From an uncultured delta proteobacterium (GTDB lineage: Bacteria; Desulfobacterota; Binatia; Binatales; Binataceae), in the NCBI GenBank assembly GCA_963774705.1, contig CAVZFW010000001.1, forward strand, positions 269,743 to 333,742: a stretch of 64,000 nt of DNA. The letters are read 5' to 3'. This document shows, piece after piece, positions 11,161 through 21,558 of the stretch. Positions within the stretch are counted from its first letter, which is position 1; each line of letters begins with the position of its first letter. Both the position numbers and the translations under genes were made by a program. The notes below the pieces were generated by a model. The model searched no databases and was not told the DNA's origin. It worked only from the letters and a program-made list of their open reading frames with translations.

Positions 11161-11193
11161 CGCAGACTTGAGGATCGGAGCATAACGAGCGAA

Positions 11194-12762
11194 TCATTTC
11201 GAGCGCCGGACCTCAAACAGGTCGTAATAGGCCGCTCCATAACGGGGATAGCGCTTCACCAATGAGATGCATCGCGGTGGCGTGGTGATTGCCAGGCGCC
11301 GCTCGTCGTGATTGTCGAGCGCGAGATATCCCGCGCCGCTTTGCGCTTGAAGCCAGATGCAAATATCCCGAATCGAATCGGTGGGCAACAGGATGAACGC
11401 GCACTGCGCGTAGTAAGCGAAGCGCCCATCGCGCGCCACTACCGCAGTGGGTCTTCCGCCGGTGCGCCGCGCGATTTCCTGGCCGGCGTAGCGCACCCCA
11501 CGCATGTCGAACCCGATGGGCCAGAGGGTCTGTGGCAGCAGGACCAGTGCGATCGCAATCGCGAGGGCGTACGGGGGGAGGCGCGAGAATCGCGTGCCCG
11601 CGATGACACGACTCAACCCTTCCGACATCGTCATGAGTCCGATCATTACCCAACCGAAGGAGAATGGAATCAGGTGAAGCATAAAACGCGCACCGGTGTA
11701 CGAGAAAGAGAAGGCGACAATGTAGGACATGGTCAAAAGCGCGAGCAACGCCTCGCCCATATTCGCGGGAATTGCGCGGCGCCGCGGCCAGAGCCCGACG
11801 ATTAGGCAAATGGACAGCACAGTGCCGAGTGCCTTGCTGAAGCCATAGAGCGATGCAAAAAAATCAGCGCCGACCTTTTCCAGATACAACCTCGGGCTTG
11901 CAAACAACGGTGCGAACGGCGACACGCTGTTGGAATAGCCCAGGCGTTGCCAAGCGAGCCGGTCGGGCGCGACGGTGCCCATCCCATACATCATCGCGGC
12001 AGTGAATTCTCGACCGACACTCCAGTGGCCGGTCGTTTCACGGAGATAGATCAAGTACGGCGCGGCGACGACGAGGAACATGGTCGCGAAAATCGTGCTG
12101 GCCGCGATCGTCCAAATAAAACTCCATTGCCGCCACCACAATGCCGCCGTCAGCACGAATCCGATGCCAACTATCAGCAGTCCAAACGCTTCGGTGCGAT
12201 ACAGATAAGCGAGTCCACCGACGAGGCCGGCCGCCGCTACGAGGGCGATTCGCTCTCGCTTGAGCCCGGCGATCAATAGCCATACGGCCGTCGTCAGAAG
12301 GAAAATGAAGCCAGCTTCGGTACGCACCGAAGCGGAATATGCGGCCATTTCGGGATGGATCGCGACGAGGATAGCGGAGCCGAGCGCGAGGTCGCGACGC
12401 TCGAAGACTTCGCGCGTCATCAGGTAAACGCTGACGACCGCAAAGCTGCCGAGAATCGCCGAGACACTGTTCCCCGCCAATTCCCAGTCGGAAATCACCC
12501 GGTGGACGATTGAGATAATCCAAGGGTATAGCGGCGAAAATACCGACGCTAACGCGGCCGCCGTATCGCCGGCGCCGAACTCCCGGGCCATCGCAAGGTA
12601 GGCCACGCCGTCACCCGCGATGCAATAGCTGGTCAGGCAGAGGTACAGTCGAATCCAAAGGGCTAGGGTTACGATCAGCGTGAGCGCCGTCCGTTCAGGA
12701 CAGTCCACCAGCGCAGACGGGAGCCACTCGGGATTCCCAGTACAACTGGAGCGATTTTGCAT
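11194..12762 (-). CDS. GT39/GT83-like GT-C glycosyltransferase (dolichyl/undecaprenyl-phosphate-sugar dependent), intact
   Basis: 522-aa polytopic ORF with the N-terminal topology and periodicity of PMT/ArnT-family proteins. Located immediately upstream of the GT2 gene. Confidence 0.6.
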   Translation of the reverse strand: MQNRSSCTGNPEWLPSALVDCPERTALTLIVTLALWIRLYLCLTSYCIAGDGVAYLAMAREFGAGDTAAALASVFSPLYPWIISIVHRVISDWELAGNSVSAILGSFAVVSVYLMTREVFERRDLALGSAILVAIHPEMAAYSASVRTEAGFIFLLTTAVWLLIAGLKRERIALVAAAGLVGGLAYLYRTEAFGLLIVGIGFVLTAALWWRQWSFIWTIAASTIFATMFLVVAAPYLIYLRETTGHWSVGREFTAAMMYGMGTVAPDRLAWQRLGYSNSVSPFAPLFASPRLYLEKVGADFFASLYGFSKALGTVLSICLIVGLWPRRRAIPANMGEALLALLTMSYIVAFSFSYTGARFMLHLIPFSFGWVMIGLMTMSEGLSRVIAGTRFSRLPPYALAIAIALVLLPQTLWPIGFDMRGVRYAGQEIARRTGGRPTAVVARDGRFAYYAQCAFILLPTDSIRDICIWLQAQSGAGYLALDNHDERRLAITTPPRCISLVKRYPRYGAAYYDLFEVRRSK

Positions 12763-12838
12763 CTCCGGCCTATCCTATTTGACGCGACGCGGCGCTCAAA
12801 CCGCGACAACGCCGGACAGACCGGCACGGATGCGGCAG

Positions 12839-13072
12839 TTACCCGGCTCGCTCGGAGCTTGCGGCCAGAGCGCTATCGCGCATCACCTTGGCCGCCTGCA
12901 ATCCCTTGGGCCCTTGCGCCACGTCGAACCGGACCTGTTCGCCCTGTTCGAGCGACCTGAATCCGTTCCCATCGATGGCGGTGTAATGGACGAAGACCTC
13001 CTGGCCGTCATCCATCGTAAGGAAACCGTAGCCCTTTTTGGGGCTAAACCATTTGACTACGCCGATAGCCAT
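12839..13072 (-). CDS. Cold-shock protein (CspA family) with a short C-terminal tail
   Basis: MAIGVVKWFSPKKGYGFLTMDDGQEVFVHYTAIDGNGFRSLEQGEQVRF matches the RNP1/RNP2 cold-shock domain. The start was trimmed from the longer ORF. Confidence 0.9.
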   Translation of the reverse strand: MAIGVVKWFSPKKGYGFLTMDDGQEVFVHYTAIDGNGFRSLEQGEQVRFDVAQGPKGLQAAKVMRDSALAASSERAG

Positions 13073-13298
13073 TCCCCCGAGAACCTCCATGAGGCGTGCC
13101 TCGATTGTCCCCGCTGCGCGGAAGTGGCCCCCCGGCCCCGTTCGCACGCGGTAAGGGCGCATATAACACACGGGTTGTCAAATACAAAATGGTCGGTTAA
13201 AGCTCGGAAAGAACGCAATTTTGCCTCAGTCGCCATTTGCTCGGCTAATCCCGTATCGCTACCGAGCTAATCCGCAATCGCGGTGCCCGATTGTGCGA
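13073..13298 (-). promoter_or_regulatory. Long 5' leader of the csp gene (about 225 nt); a candidate cold-shock 5'UTR regulatory element
   Basis: Non-coding gap between the csp start and the upstream gene. CspA-family mRNAs characteristically carry long structured leaders. Confidence 0.3.
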
Positions 13299-13589
13299 TC
13301 AGCCGCGCCAACGCTTCGGCCGCGCGTGCATGTGACAATGGTCAGGAATCTGGCGCATCACACCGTCGATGATGAATTCATCGTCGCCGTATTTCGATCG
13401 CGCGACCAGCGATAGCGCCTCAACCATGAACGCACGCTCTTCGACTGTCGGCCCTGCGCGATGCTCGCCCAATACCGCCATCGGAGTATCGCATGAATCG
13501 CAATCCAGAATGGTAAAACGAAACGGCTGGGTGAAACTCGCGTACCAAGGGGTGTATTCTTTCAACTCACACAAATCGCACTTAGACAT
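13299..13589 (-). CDS. Small Cys4 (CxxC...CxxC) zinc-ribbon-like hypothetical protein
   Basis: 96-aa ORF starting MSKCDLCELKEY...ILDCDSCDTP, giving two CxxC pairs. Sits in an otherwise non-coding interval. Confidence 0.45.
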   Translation of the reverse strand: MSKCDLCELKEYTPWYASFTQPFRFTILDCDSCDTPMAVLGEHRAGPTVEERAFMVEALSLVARSKYGDDEFIIDGVMRQIPDHCHMHARPKRWRG

Positions 13590-13704
13590 GATGCATCAGT
13601 GCTTAGCCGTTAGTTCGGCGCGCGACAAGTCTGGGAAGTAACGCTGACTCAGTGCTACAAATGGTCGCGACACGATAGCGAATTGACGTAGTGGAGGATC
13701 CTGG

Positions 13705-14892
13705 ATGGACGCCAAGGCCGCGGCACGGGAAAGATTCGGAGAAGCCGAACAGGAACTAATCGAACTAAGTCATCGGATTCATGCGCATCCGGAACTGGGC
13801 TTCGAGGAGGAACGCGCCGCACAGTGGATGTGCGAGACGATGGCGGACGCGGGCTTCGCGGTTGAGCGCGGCGTGTGCGGGATGCCGACGGCATTCGTCG
13901 CGCGGGCGGGCTCCGGACCACTGCACATCGCGATTTGCGCTGAGTACGATTGCCTGCCCGGCATTGGTCACGCTTGCGGGCACAATATTATCGCTGCGAG
14001 CAGCGCCGGGGCCGCTATCGCCGCGGCCAGGGTCGCGGACGACGCCGGATTGACGATTACGCTGCTTGGCACCCCGGCAGAAGAGATTTGTAACGCTGGC
14101 GGAAAGATCCTGATGCTCGAGCGCGGTGCCTTTGACGGCGTTCACGCGGCAATGATGGTTCATCCGGCGCCGGTCGATATATCCGCCCCGTCAATCATTG
14201 CTGCCGCGATGTTCGACGTACACTACACTGGCAAGGAAGCGCACGCGTCCGCATTTCCCCAACTAGGCATCAACGCCGCCGATGCTCTGACCGTGGCGCA
14301 GACTGCGATCGGTTTATTGCGCCAGCATATCCATGACAGCGATCGCATCCACGGCATTGTCACCAAGGGCGGCGAGGCGCCGAATATCGTTCCCGCGCAC
14401 ACCTCGGCCCGCTATATGGTGCGTGCGCAAACGCTCGGCAAACTCGGATCCTTGATCCCGAAGGTGCATCGATGTTTCGAGGCAGGAGCGATCGCAACCG
14501 GATCCAGCTATCAGATCGCGGGCGGCGATAAACCATATGCCGAGATGCGGCACGATCACGAGCTCGTGTCGCTTTACCGTCGCAATGCGGAGGCGCTCGG
14601 ACGCAGCTTCATCGATCCCGATCCGAAGGCGCGGCAGTCGGGTCATGAGCGCGCGATGGGGGCCGGCTCGACCGACATGGGCAACGTGTCTTTGCGGCTG
14701 CCGGCCATCCATCCGCTTATCGGGATCAATTCGATCCCGGCGGTCAATCATCAACCCGAATTCACCGCCGTTTGCGCCGCGCCAGACGCCGACCGCGCAA
14801 TCGTTGACGGCGCAATTGCGATGGCATGGACGGCGATCGATATCGCCAACGACAAGACTCTGCGCGAACGCCTGATGAAAGCTGGCGACTAG
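13705..14892 (+). CDS. M20 family amidohydrolase (hippurate hydrolase / N-acyl-amino-acid amidohydrolase-like)
   Basis: 395 aa with the HACGHNIIAA metal-binding motif and a TPAEE motif. GGAGGA Shine-Dalgarno 6 nt upstream. Confidence 0.85.
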   Translation: MDAKAAARERFGEAEQELIELSHRIHAHPELGFEEERAAQWMCETMADAGFAVERGVCGMPTAFVARAGSGPLHIAICAEYDCLPGIGHACGHNIIAASSAGAAIAAARVADDAGLTITLLGTPAEEICNAGGKILMLERGAFDGVHAAMMVHPAPVDISAPSIIAAAMFDVHYTGKEAHASAFPQLGINAADALTVAQTAIGLLRQHIHDSDRIHGIVTKGGEAPNIVPAHTSARYMVRAQTLGKLGSLIPKVHRCFEAGAIATGSSYQIAGGDKPYAEMRHDHELVSLYRRNAEALGRSFIDPDPKARQSGHERAMGAGSTDMGNVSLRLPAIHPLIGINSIPAVNHQPEFTAVCAAPDADRAIVDGAIAMAWTAIDIANDKTLRERLMKAGD

Positions 14893-14943
14893 ATGCGGCT
14901 GGCGCTCACGGGCACGCGTCAGCCTCTCCTTATGATGATCACG

Positions 14944-15288
14944 CTATTTGCTGGGTGAGGCCGCAGCAGCCGGAGCCGGCGAACTCGTCCCGGTGGCCGC
15001 ACCCTTCTTTGACGCGCTCGCCGAAGCAGAAGAGGCAGCCTTCTTCTTGCATTTGTAAACGCTCGAGGTCGAGATCTTCAGATCGGTGGCAATGTCCTTA
15101 GTTTTTTTCCCCGCTGCGATTTCGGACATTACTTTGTCGCATTCCACTTTTTTGCCGGCCGTCGCCCAGGCGCTCGTCGGATTGAAGCCCATGCCGACCG
15201 CGCCAACCATAGACAGTGTAGCTATTCCAAATGCAAGTTTCCGAATCACTATTATGCTCCCCGCGGGTAAGAGTCCCTTCCATCGCAT
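14944..15288 (-). CDS. Small secreted/lipoprotein-like hypothetical with a helix-turn-helix-like segment and an Ala/Ser-rich tail
   Basis: MRWKGLLPAGSIIVIRKLAFGIATLSMVGAVGMG (signal/TM), followed by an HTH-like segment IAAGKKTKDIATDLKISTSSVYK, then low-complexity KKAASSASASASKK. Confidence 0.35.
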   Translation of the reverse strand: MRWKGLLPAGSIIVIRKLAFGIATLSMVGAVGMGFNPTSAWATAGKKVECDKVMSEIAAGKKTKDIATDLKISTSSVYKCKKKAASSASASASKKGAATGTSSPAPAAAASPSK

Positions 15289-15345
15289 TTTTATCTCAGA
15301 AAACAGTAAGGCGCAAGAAGTACCCACTTGGCGTTAGCCAGATCG

Positions 15346-16366
15346 TCACAGCTCAAGCATGACCTTGGTCTGGTTCGATGGCTGTGTGAGAGCCGCAAAC
15401 GCGCGCGGCAGTTCGTCGAGGCCAACCGTGTGAGTAATCATTGGTTCGGTCGAAATGCGGCCCGAAGCGAGCACCGCAATCGCTGTTTCCACTTCGCCGG
15501 GCTCCAGCCCCAGGCTGAAGTTGACGTCGAGTTCCTTGCTCATCGCAAGGCCGGGCGGAAAGCCGTCGTCTTCCATCGAAACGCCCAGGATGGTCACGCG
15601 GCCCGCCGCGCGGCGCATGAGAGATCGCTTGCGCCATAGTTCCCGCTTCGCCGATGCACTCGAAGATGACGTCGGGACCGGCGCCGGTAATCCGGGCCAT
15701 CGCGGCGGCCGGGCTGTGCATCCGCGGGTCAACGGCCGCATCCGCGCCAAGCTTCAGGGCGACCTCGCGCCGATCCAACTGGAGTTCCGAAACCACGATT
15801 GCGCGCGCACCGGAGAATCGCGCCCACAACAGCGTCATCAGGCCGATCGCCTCCGGCTCCCATGATTACGCAGGTCTCGCCGGTCTGAAAGCGCGCACGG
15901 CGCAGTCCATGGAGGCCGACGACGAGCGGCTCGACCGTCGCCGCCGCACGAAAACTCATCGTCTTCGGGATCTTGAAGACACTGCCAGGCCGCGTCTTGA
16001 TCAACTCGGCATAACCGCCCGGAACGTCGCCGAATCCGACCATCCGCATTGCGTCGCACCGCACGCTCGATGCCGGCGCGGCAATTGGCGCATTCGCCGC
16101 ACGACAGATACGACATCACGACCACCGGATCGCCGGGATTCGAAACCGGTCACCCCAGCGCCGACTTTATCGACGACGCCCGCGATTTCGTGGCCCATGA
16201 TGGTGCCCGGCAGGGAGCTTCGCCTTGGCCGAAGTGGCGGCGTGCAGATCCGAACCGCAGATGCCACAAGCCTTGACGCCGGACGAAGTTCTCCGATCTG
16301 CACCGGATCAGGTAGTTCGACGACTTCGAGCGGCGCGCCGATCGCCTTGAATACGCATGCCTTCAT
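15346..16366 (-). pseudogene. Zn-dependent alcohol dehydrogenase (MDR family), at least 4 frame changes
   Basis: MKACVFKAIGAPLEVVELPDP...GHEIAGVVDKVGAGVTGF (16001..16366). SCGECANCRAG (15838..16125). GGYAELI...TCVIMGAGG (15729..16064). Cofactor domain and C-terminus in 15353..15838 and 15346..15750. Confidence 0.75.
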
Positions 16367-16473
16367 AATGGTGTTGCGAGATAGCGAATATCGCCGACGA
16401 AGGCGCTACCGCCGAGGGGCGGGCCTCTGAGATATACACGCCTTCATCGTCCGTGCTGCATCGAGGATACGGG

Positions 16474-17277
16474 CTATTTCTTCAGGTGCGGGAAGACCGG
16501 CGGGCGCTTCTCCTTCACCGCCGCGACACCTTCGTCCACGTCGGCGCTGAAGAAGCCGAGCATCTCGAAGGCGAGCGACGCATCGAAATGCGGACCGAAG
16601 GTCTTGACCCAGTTGTTGAGCGCGCGCTTGGTCAAACGCGCCGCCTGCTGCGGACCGCGAGCGATTTTTCGCGCGACCTCGAAGGCCTTGTCCATCAGCT
16701 TGTCCGCCGGCACGCACAGACTCACCAGTCCGATGCGCTCGGCTTCCTTGCCGTCGATGAAATCCGCCGTGATGAGGTAGTACTTCGCCTTCGCCAGGCC
16801 GCACAGCAACGGCCATAGAATGACCGCGTGATCGCCGGCGGCGACGCCGAGACGCAGATGGCCATCGGTGATGCGCATCGACTTCGGACGCGATCGTGAT
16901 GTCCGCCATGAACGCCACCGCGAGGCCCGCGCCGACCGCGACACCGTTGATCGCCGAGATGATGATCTTCTCGCAATTGACGATGTTGTAAACGATGTCG
17001 CCCGCCTCGCGCATCGCTTGCGAGATGTTGGCGTGATTGCCCTTCATCGTCCTCGATCATGTCGAGGTCGCCGCCCGCCGAAAACGCACGGCCCTTGCCG
17101 GTGATGATGACGACGTTGGTCTTCGGGATCGTCGTCGATGTCCCTCCACACCCGGCTCAGCTCCCAATGCAGGCGCGCATTGGTCGCGTTAAGCACGTCG
17201 GGCCGATTGATCGTGATCAGCAGGATGCCGTCGTCGTGGCGCGTGAATTCCAGAAACTGATATTCGTCGTACCTCAT
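16474..17277 (-). pseudogene. Enoyl-CoA hydratase/isomerase (crotonase) family, at least 2 frame changes
   Basis: N-terminal piece 17044..17277 (MRYDEYQFLEFTRHDDGILLITINRPDVLNA). Middle piece 16406..17047 ([27 protein letters not shown]). C-terminal piece 16474..16944 ([24 protein letters not shown]). Confidence 0.75.
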
Positions 17278-17406
17278 CGGGTGTTCTCCAAAAGTGGCGT
17301 CGCAGTCTTAGTAGCGCATCCGGCACCTCGGTGGAAAACCCGCGATCAATTGAAACGCAATGATGGGGTCTGATGGCGCAGCTTGATTATTCCGCTGCGA
17401 TCATTT

Positions 17407-18335
17407 GACCCGCGATCATCCAGCATAGATGTCCATGATTTTGTTCAGCAACGCGATCGCCTCGGCCTTCGGACGCTGAAATGAGTTGCGGCCGATGATC
17501 GATCCGAATCCGCCGCCTGCCTTGATCGCCTTGACCTCGTCGATCAGCGCCGCGTCGGTATCCTTCGGTCCACCCGAGAAAATGACGAATACGCCGGCCG
17601 TCGAAGCAGCTTTGCACGACGTGGCGCACGCGCTCGGTCAGCGGCTCCAGCGGAATCCGCTGGGCCTCATAGACTTTCTTCGCCTCGGCCAATTCCAAAT
17701 GCGATGAAGGGAGCTTGACCTTCACGATATTGGCGCCAAGCTGCGCCGCTATCTGCGCGGCATATGCAACGACATCCAGCGCGGTCTCGCCCTCCTTGCT
17801 GATGCCGGAGCCGCGCGGATATGACCACACCACCACCGCCAGCCCGCATTGCTTCGCCTCCTCCGCAATCCCCCGCAATTCCTCATACATATCTCGCCGC
17901 TCCGCGGATCCCGGGATAGATCGTGAACCCCACAGCGGAACATCCGAGCCGCAGCGCATCGTTAACGCTGCCGGTCACGGCGGAAATCGGATCGCGCTCG
18001 TCGTATAGCAGGTCGTGATTGTTCAGCTTCAGAATTAGCGGCAGCTCGCCGGCAAATTCGGCCGCGGCTGCTTCGAGGAAACCGAGCGGCGCTGCGTAGC
18101 CGCTGCATCCGGCCTCGAGCGCCAACTGGAAATGATAGTACGGATTGTAACCCGCCGGATTTACCGCGAAGCTGCGCGCCGGTCCGTGCTCGAAGCCCTG
18201 ATCAACCGGCAAAATAACTAGTTTGCCCGTGCCGGCTAGTCGCCCTTGATTAAAAAAGCGGGCGAGGTTAGTACGCACGCCAACGTTTTCGGAATCGTAG
18301 TAAGAAAGAATTTCGCGGACTCGCTTGGTCATCAT
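17407..18335 (-). pseudogene. fbaB: Class I fructose-bisphosphate aldolase (FbaB/DhnA type), at least 2 frame changes
   Basis: N-terminal piece matches E. coli FbaB (NQGRLAGTGKLVILPVDQGFEHGP). Middle piece is in ORF 17387..17959. The C-terminus (VIFSGGPKDTDAALIDEVKAIKAGGGFGSIIGRNSFQRP...IYAG*) was recovered by hand translation of a third frame ending at 17407. Confidence 0.75.
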
Positions 18336-18396
18336 GCGAATAGCCCCTCCTGGAGTAGTTTGGTTTTGGATCACCCTGCCGTGGGAGCGATGCCGC

Positions 18397-19389
18397 TTAT
18401 TTATCCTGCATCGCGACCGCCGCCCATGCCGCCCCAATCAGCGCCGCTGCCGGATTGAGCGAGACTCGAACGGCGATTCTTTCAAGCGTCGAGCGCAAGC
18501 GTCCCTTGTCAAGAAAGGCCTCGACAAGGGTGCCTCGCTGCAAGAACGGCAGGATCTTCGGCGCGATGCCTCCGCATAAATAAACCCCTCCGAGCGCGAG
18601 GTACTTCAATGCTAGGTTAGCTGCTTCGGCGCCGTAAATTGCCGTGAAGATTTCGAGCGCATTTACACAACGCGGATCACGGCCGCCGAGCGCGATCTCG
18701 CTGATAACTGCGGACGGATCCTCGGTGCGCATACGCTCGGAGAGCCAGTCCGGTTCGGCGCCCGGATTGCGCGAAACCACAAAGCGATAAATGTTGTGCA
18801 GTCCGGGTCCCGATAAAACGCGCTCGAAGCTTACGTGCCCGAACTCGCGCGCGAGGAATTCGAGCAGGCGGAATTGCTCGTCACCCCAAGGGGCGAAATC
18901 GCTATGGCCGCCCTCGCTAGCAACTGCAAAGTAGCGACTCGGCGTGGCGATCAACGCCGCCTCGCCCAAACCGGTGCCCGCCGCAATCACTGCAATGTTC
19001 GCGCGGCCCGCCCGTGCTTCGCCGCGATGCAAGATCGAAATCTCTGATTCCTTCAGGTAGGGAACGCCGTAAGCAGTCGCTTCAAGGTCGTTCATCAGGT
19101 GCGTGGGAGTTCCGCTCAGGGCGCGCTGAATCGAATCCCGCGCCATGCTCCACGACACGTTGGTGGCGTGGCTGACGCCATCGATCACGGGACCAGGCAC
19201 GCCGAAGCAGGCGGCATCGATTCGGTCCGCGGGGAGCAGAAATGCAGCACACGCTTGCTCGAGGCCTGGAAACGCGGCGGTTTGGTAAACCTGCTCGCGA
19301 ATCGCTTTCAGCTCGCCACCAGCGGCGCGAAACAACCCAAGATGAGTTTTGGTGCCGCCGATATCGCCAGCCAGTATCGTGCTCGCCAT
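18397..19389 (-). CDS. glk: Glucokinase
   Basis: 330-aa intact ORF with N-terminal ILAGDIGGTKTHLGLF ATP-binding motif and overall Glk-family layout. Confidence 0.85.
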   Translation of the reverse strand: MASTILAGDIGGTKTHLGLFRAAGGELKAIREQVYQTAAFPGLEQACAAFLLPADRIDAACFGVPGPVIDGVSHATNVSWSMARDSIQRALSGTPTHLMNDLEATAYGVPYLKESEISILHRGEARAGRANIAVIAAGTGLGEAALIATPSRYFAVASEGGHSDFAPWGDEQFRLLEFLAREFGHVSFERVLSGPGLHNIYRFVVSRNPGAEPDWLSERMRTEDPSAVISEIALGGRDPRCVNALEIFTAIYGAEAANLALKYLALGGVYLCGGIAPKILPFLQRGTLVEAFLDKGRLRSTLERIAVRVSLNPAAALIGAAWAAVAMQDK

Positions 19390-20515
19390 CGGTCCGCCTC
19401 GTGAAGCCAGATCATCTCTATGGTACCGCGCTAGCGAACCGAGGAAAGAGGCTCGGCGGATGCGCCCCGTTAGTCATTGCACTTGAGCGGCAAGGTCTTC
19501 TGACTACGCTTAATCTTGCGGCGGGCTCGAGCGTCACTTTCTGGTCGCTCTCAACGACAAAACTTTGCACCTGTGAGGGTCGGAATTTGGATGAGTTGCC
19601 AGGCCAGCTACTGCTGGTCGTTAAATTTTTAAAATCGCGACTTCCCAACAACGCAGCCTCTTTAGAGTTTTCGGACAAAACTCAATGCACTCAATGTATC
19701 AAAGCCGAGATTGGTCTCGAAGCTGAGCCTTCGATGACGCACGCCGTCTGGCGGTGGCTCCTTCTCTCCGAGTTTCCGAGGATTCAATCTCGCGTGCCAT
19801 CCGCCATGCTCTTCCAGTAAACCCGCTAGTCATATCCAACCGATCGTGCGGTCGTCTCAAGGCATGAAAGCTGCTTGAACAGGGAGCCATGCACTTGAGC
19901 TCGTTTCGCGACCGTTTTGCGCCAAAAGCACCCGATGCAGGAGGCCCCCACTGCGACGAGTTGCGCGCAATTGATCGCAATGAAAGCTCGAACTCACTGC
20001 GCAATTCTCTGTTGGAAAAGACGATTCAACGCGATTTGACGGGCTTTGTCGGCGTTATATAGTCGCAACTTTTGCCATAGGAATGATTTTAATGGTTTTT
20101 TATTCATTCGCGTACGGGCTCATGTTCCGCTTCAACGCGCTTATCAAACGAGCCGCCGGATGAGCGGGGCATCTGGCCCGAGAATCCAGCTGCGGCCATC
20201 AGGTTCTTCCGCGGAGGAGTCACAAATCGCTCGACGCTTCCTGGTGCGCTTTCCCCAGTACTGGTTTTCCTCAAGGCGTCTTTTTTGAGTGCCAATTTAC
20301 TTGCGCTAAAGAGGGAAGGTTAATTCGCCGCGGTCAACGGCGGGATTTCCCTTTTGAGCCGGATAGGGTTGGCAACCCTGCGCTGCACCGCTCGCAGAGG
20401 CGAGAGAATCGAGGCTCGCCAATCCCGCGTGATTTCTCCCGAGCAGAGCGGCCGAGGTCTCCGCATTGGAAATCGCCGGTGCATCGAACAACGTACGTTA
20501 GCCTCGATCCAGACA

Positions 20516-20926
20516 CTAATCCCCACCAATATGAGTCCCCTTCTCCGCTACCGAGCGACGCATGAGCAGAACGAACGCCACCAACAGAACCCCGACTGCA
20601 GCTGAAAATGTACACACGTCAAAGTAAGCCATTGACGACGCCTGTTGAGCTCGCGATTGGCCGAGGACGCCCAATGCCATCTGATTTGACAATACGGCAT
20701 CGCCGTTGTGCTGCACCTGCGGGAACGCATCCAGAAGCACGGCTTGGATCGAGGGTTGGAGACCACCCCCGGCCACCCCTGAAGCGCTCGAGATGCGATG
20801 ATAAAACCAAGGCTTCCAGCCATTCCGCACAAAGCGGACGCCAACGTAAAGATGGCTATCGAGGGCAGAAAATAGTTTCGCCTGCCGAGCCGCAGCGCAA
20901 GCCACCCGGAGAGATCGCGAGGCCAT
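20516..20926 (-). pseudogene. Remnant of an MFS (DHA-type) transporter gene inside an AT-rich decayed interval
   Basis: GVAGGGLQPSIQAVLLDAFPQVQHNGDAVLSNQMALGVLGQ matches the MFS helix 4-5 signature (GxGGGxLxPxxxAxIxDxFP...G). No full-length ORF is present; surrounding sequence 19400-21000 has visibly lower GC. Confidence 0.4.
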
Positions 20927-21094
20927 CAGCCCAGTCCGGCGAGAACCTGATCGAGTTTTCGTCAGGCATTGGCACGAAACTTCCTCAACAGCTGTGAGAG
21001 CGCCTCGGGGATGTTTTTCTTCCTATACGCGACTGCCGTTGCGCTTGGCACCGGAAGATACCGTCATCGCCAATGGAGCGATCCATGCGCTGTG

Positions 21095-21526
21095 TCACTT
21101 CCCGAGTGGGATCGTCAGCACCTTCTCGCTCGTGTCGACCACGAACACCGCAAGGAGCTTGGCCGGCTCCGTCTCGCTGGCATTGGCGCTGACACCGTGG
21201 CGGTCCCCGGGCAGCTCCGAGAAGCTCTCTCCAGCCTTGTAGATCGTCACCGGTCCGTCGTTGACCTGACTTCGGATTGCCCCCTCAAGCACAGTCGCGT
21301 AGATGAACGCGGATTTGGCATGGGTGTGACCAGGCGAGTAGCCGCCTGGGCTGTATTCCACGAGCACGCCCTTGATGCTCTTGCCGGGAACGTTCGGCAG
21401 CTCGTGCTGGTAGACGAGGGTCACCTTGGCGTTCTCCGACTTAGGCGCATTGGCGAGGACGCTCTCACACAACAGGCTCGCGAAAAGTAGCAGACAGACG
21501 AACAGCGGACTGATGATGCGTTTCAT
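21095..21526 (-). CDS. Cupin-domain protein with signal peptide
   Basis: MKRIISPLFVCLLLFASLLCESVLA signal. GYSPGHTHAKSAFIYATVLEG cupin motif. Confidence 0.7.
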   Translation of the reverse strand: MKRIISPLFVCLLLFASLLCESVLANAPKSENAKVTLVYQHELPNVPGKSIKGVLVEYSPGGYSPGHTHAKSAFIYATVLEGAIRSQVNDGPVTIYKAGESFSELPGDRHGVSANASETEPAKLLAVFVVDTSEKVLTIPLGK

Positions 21527-21558
21527 GGAGCCCTCTCGTTCAATTGGCGGATGTGAGA

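Noticed and set aside
12680-13270. 196-aa plus-strand ORF
   Set aside because: Antisense to the cold-shock gene and its leader.
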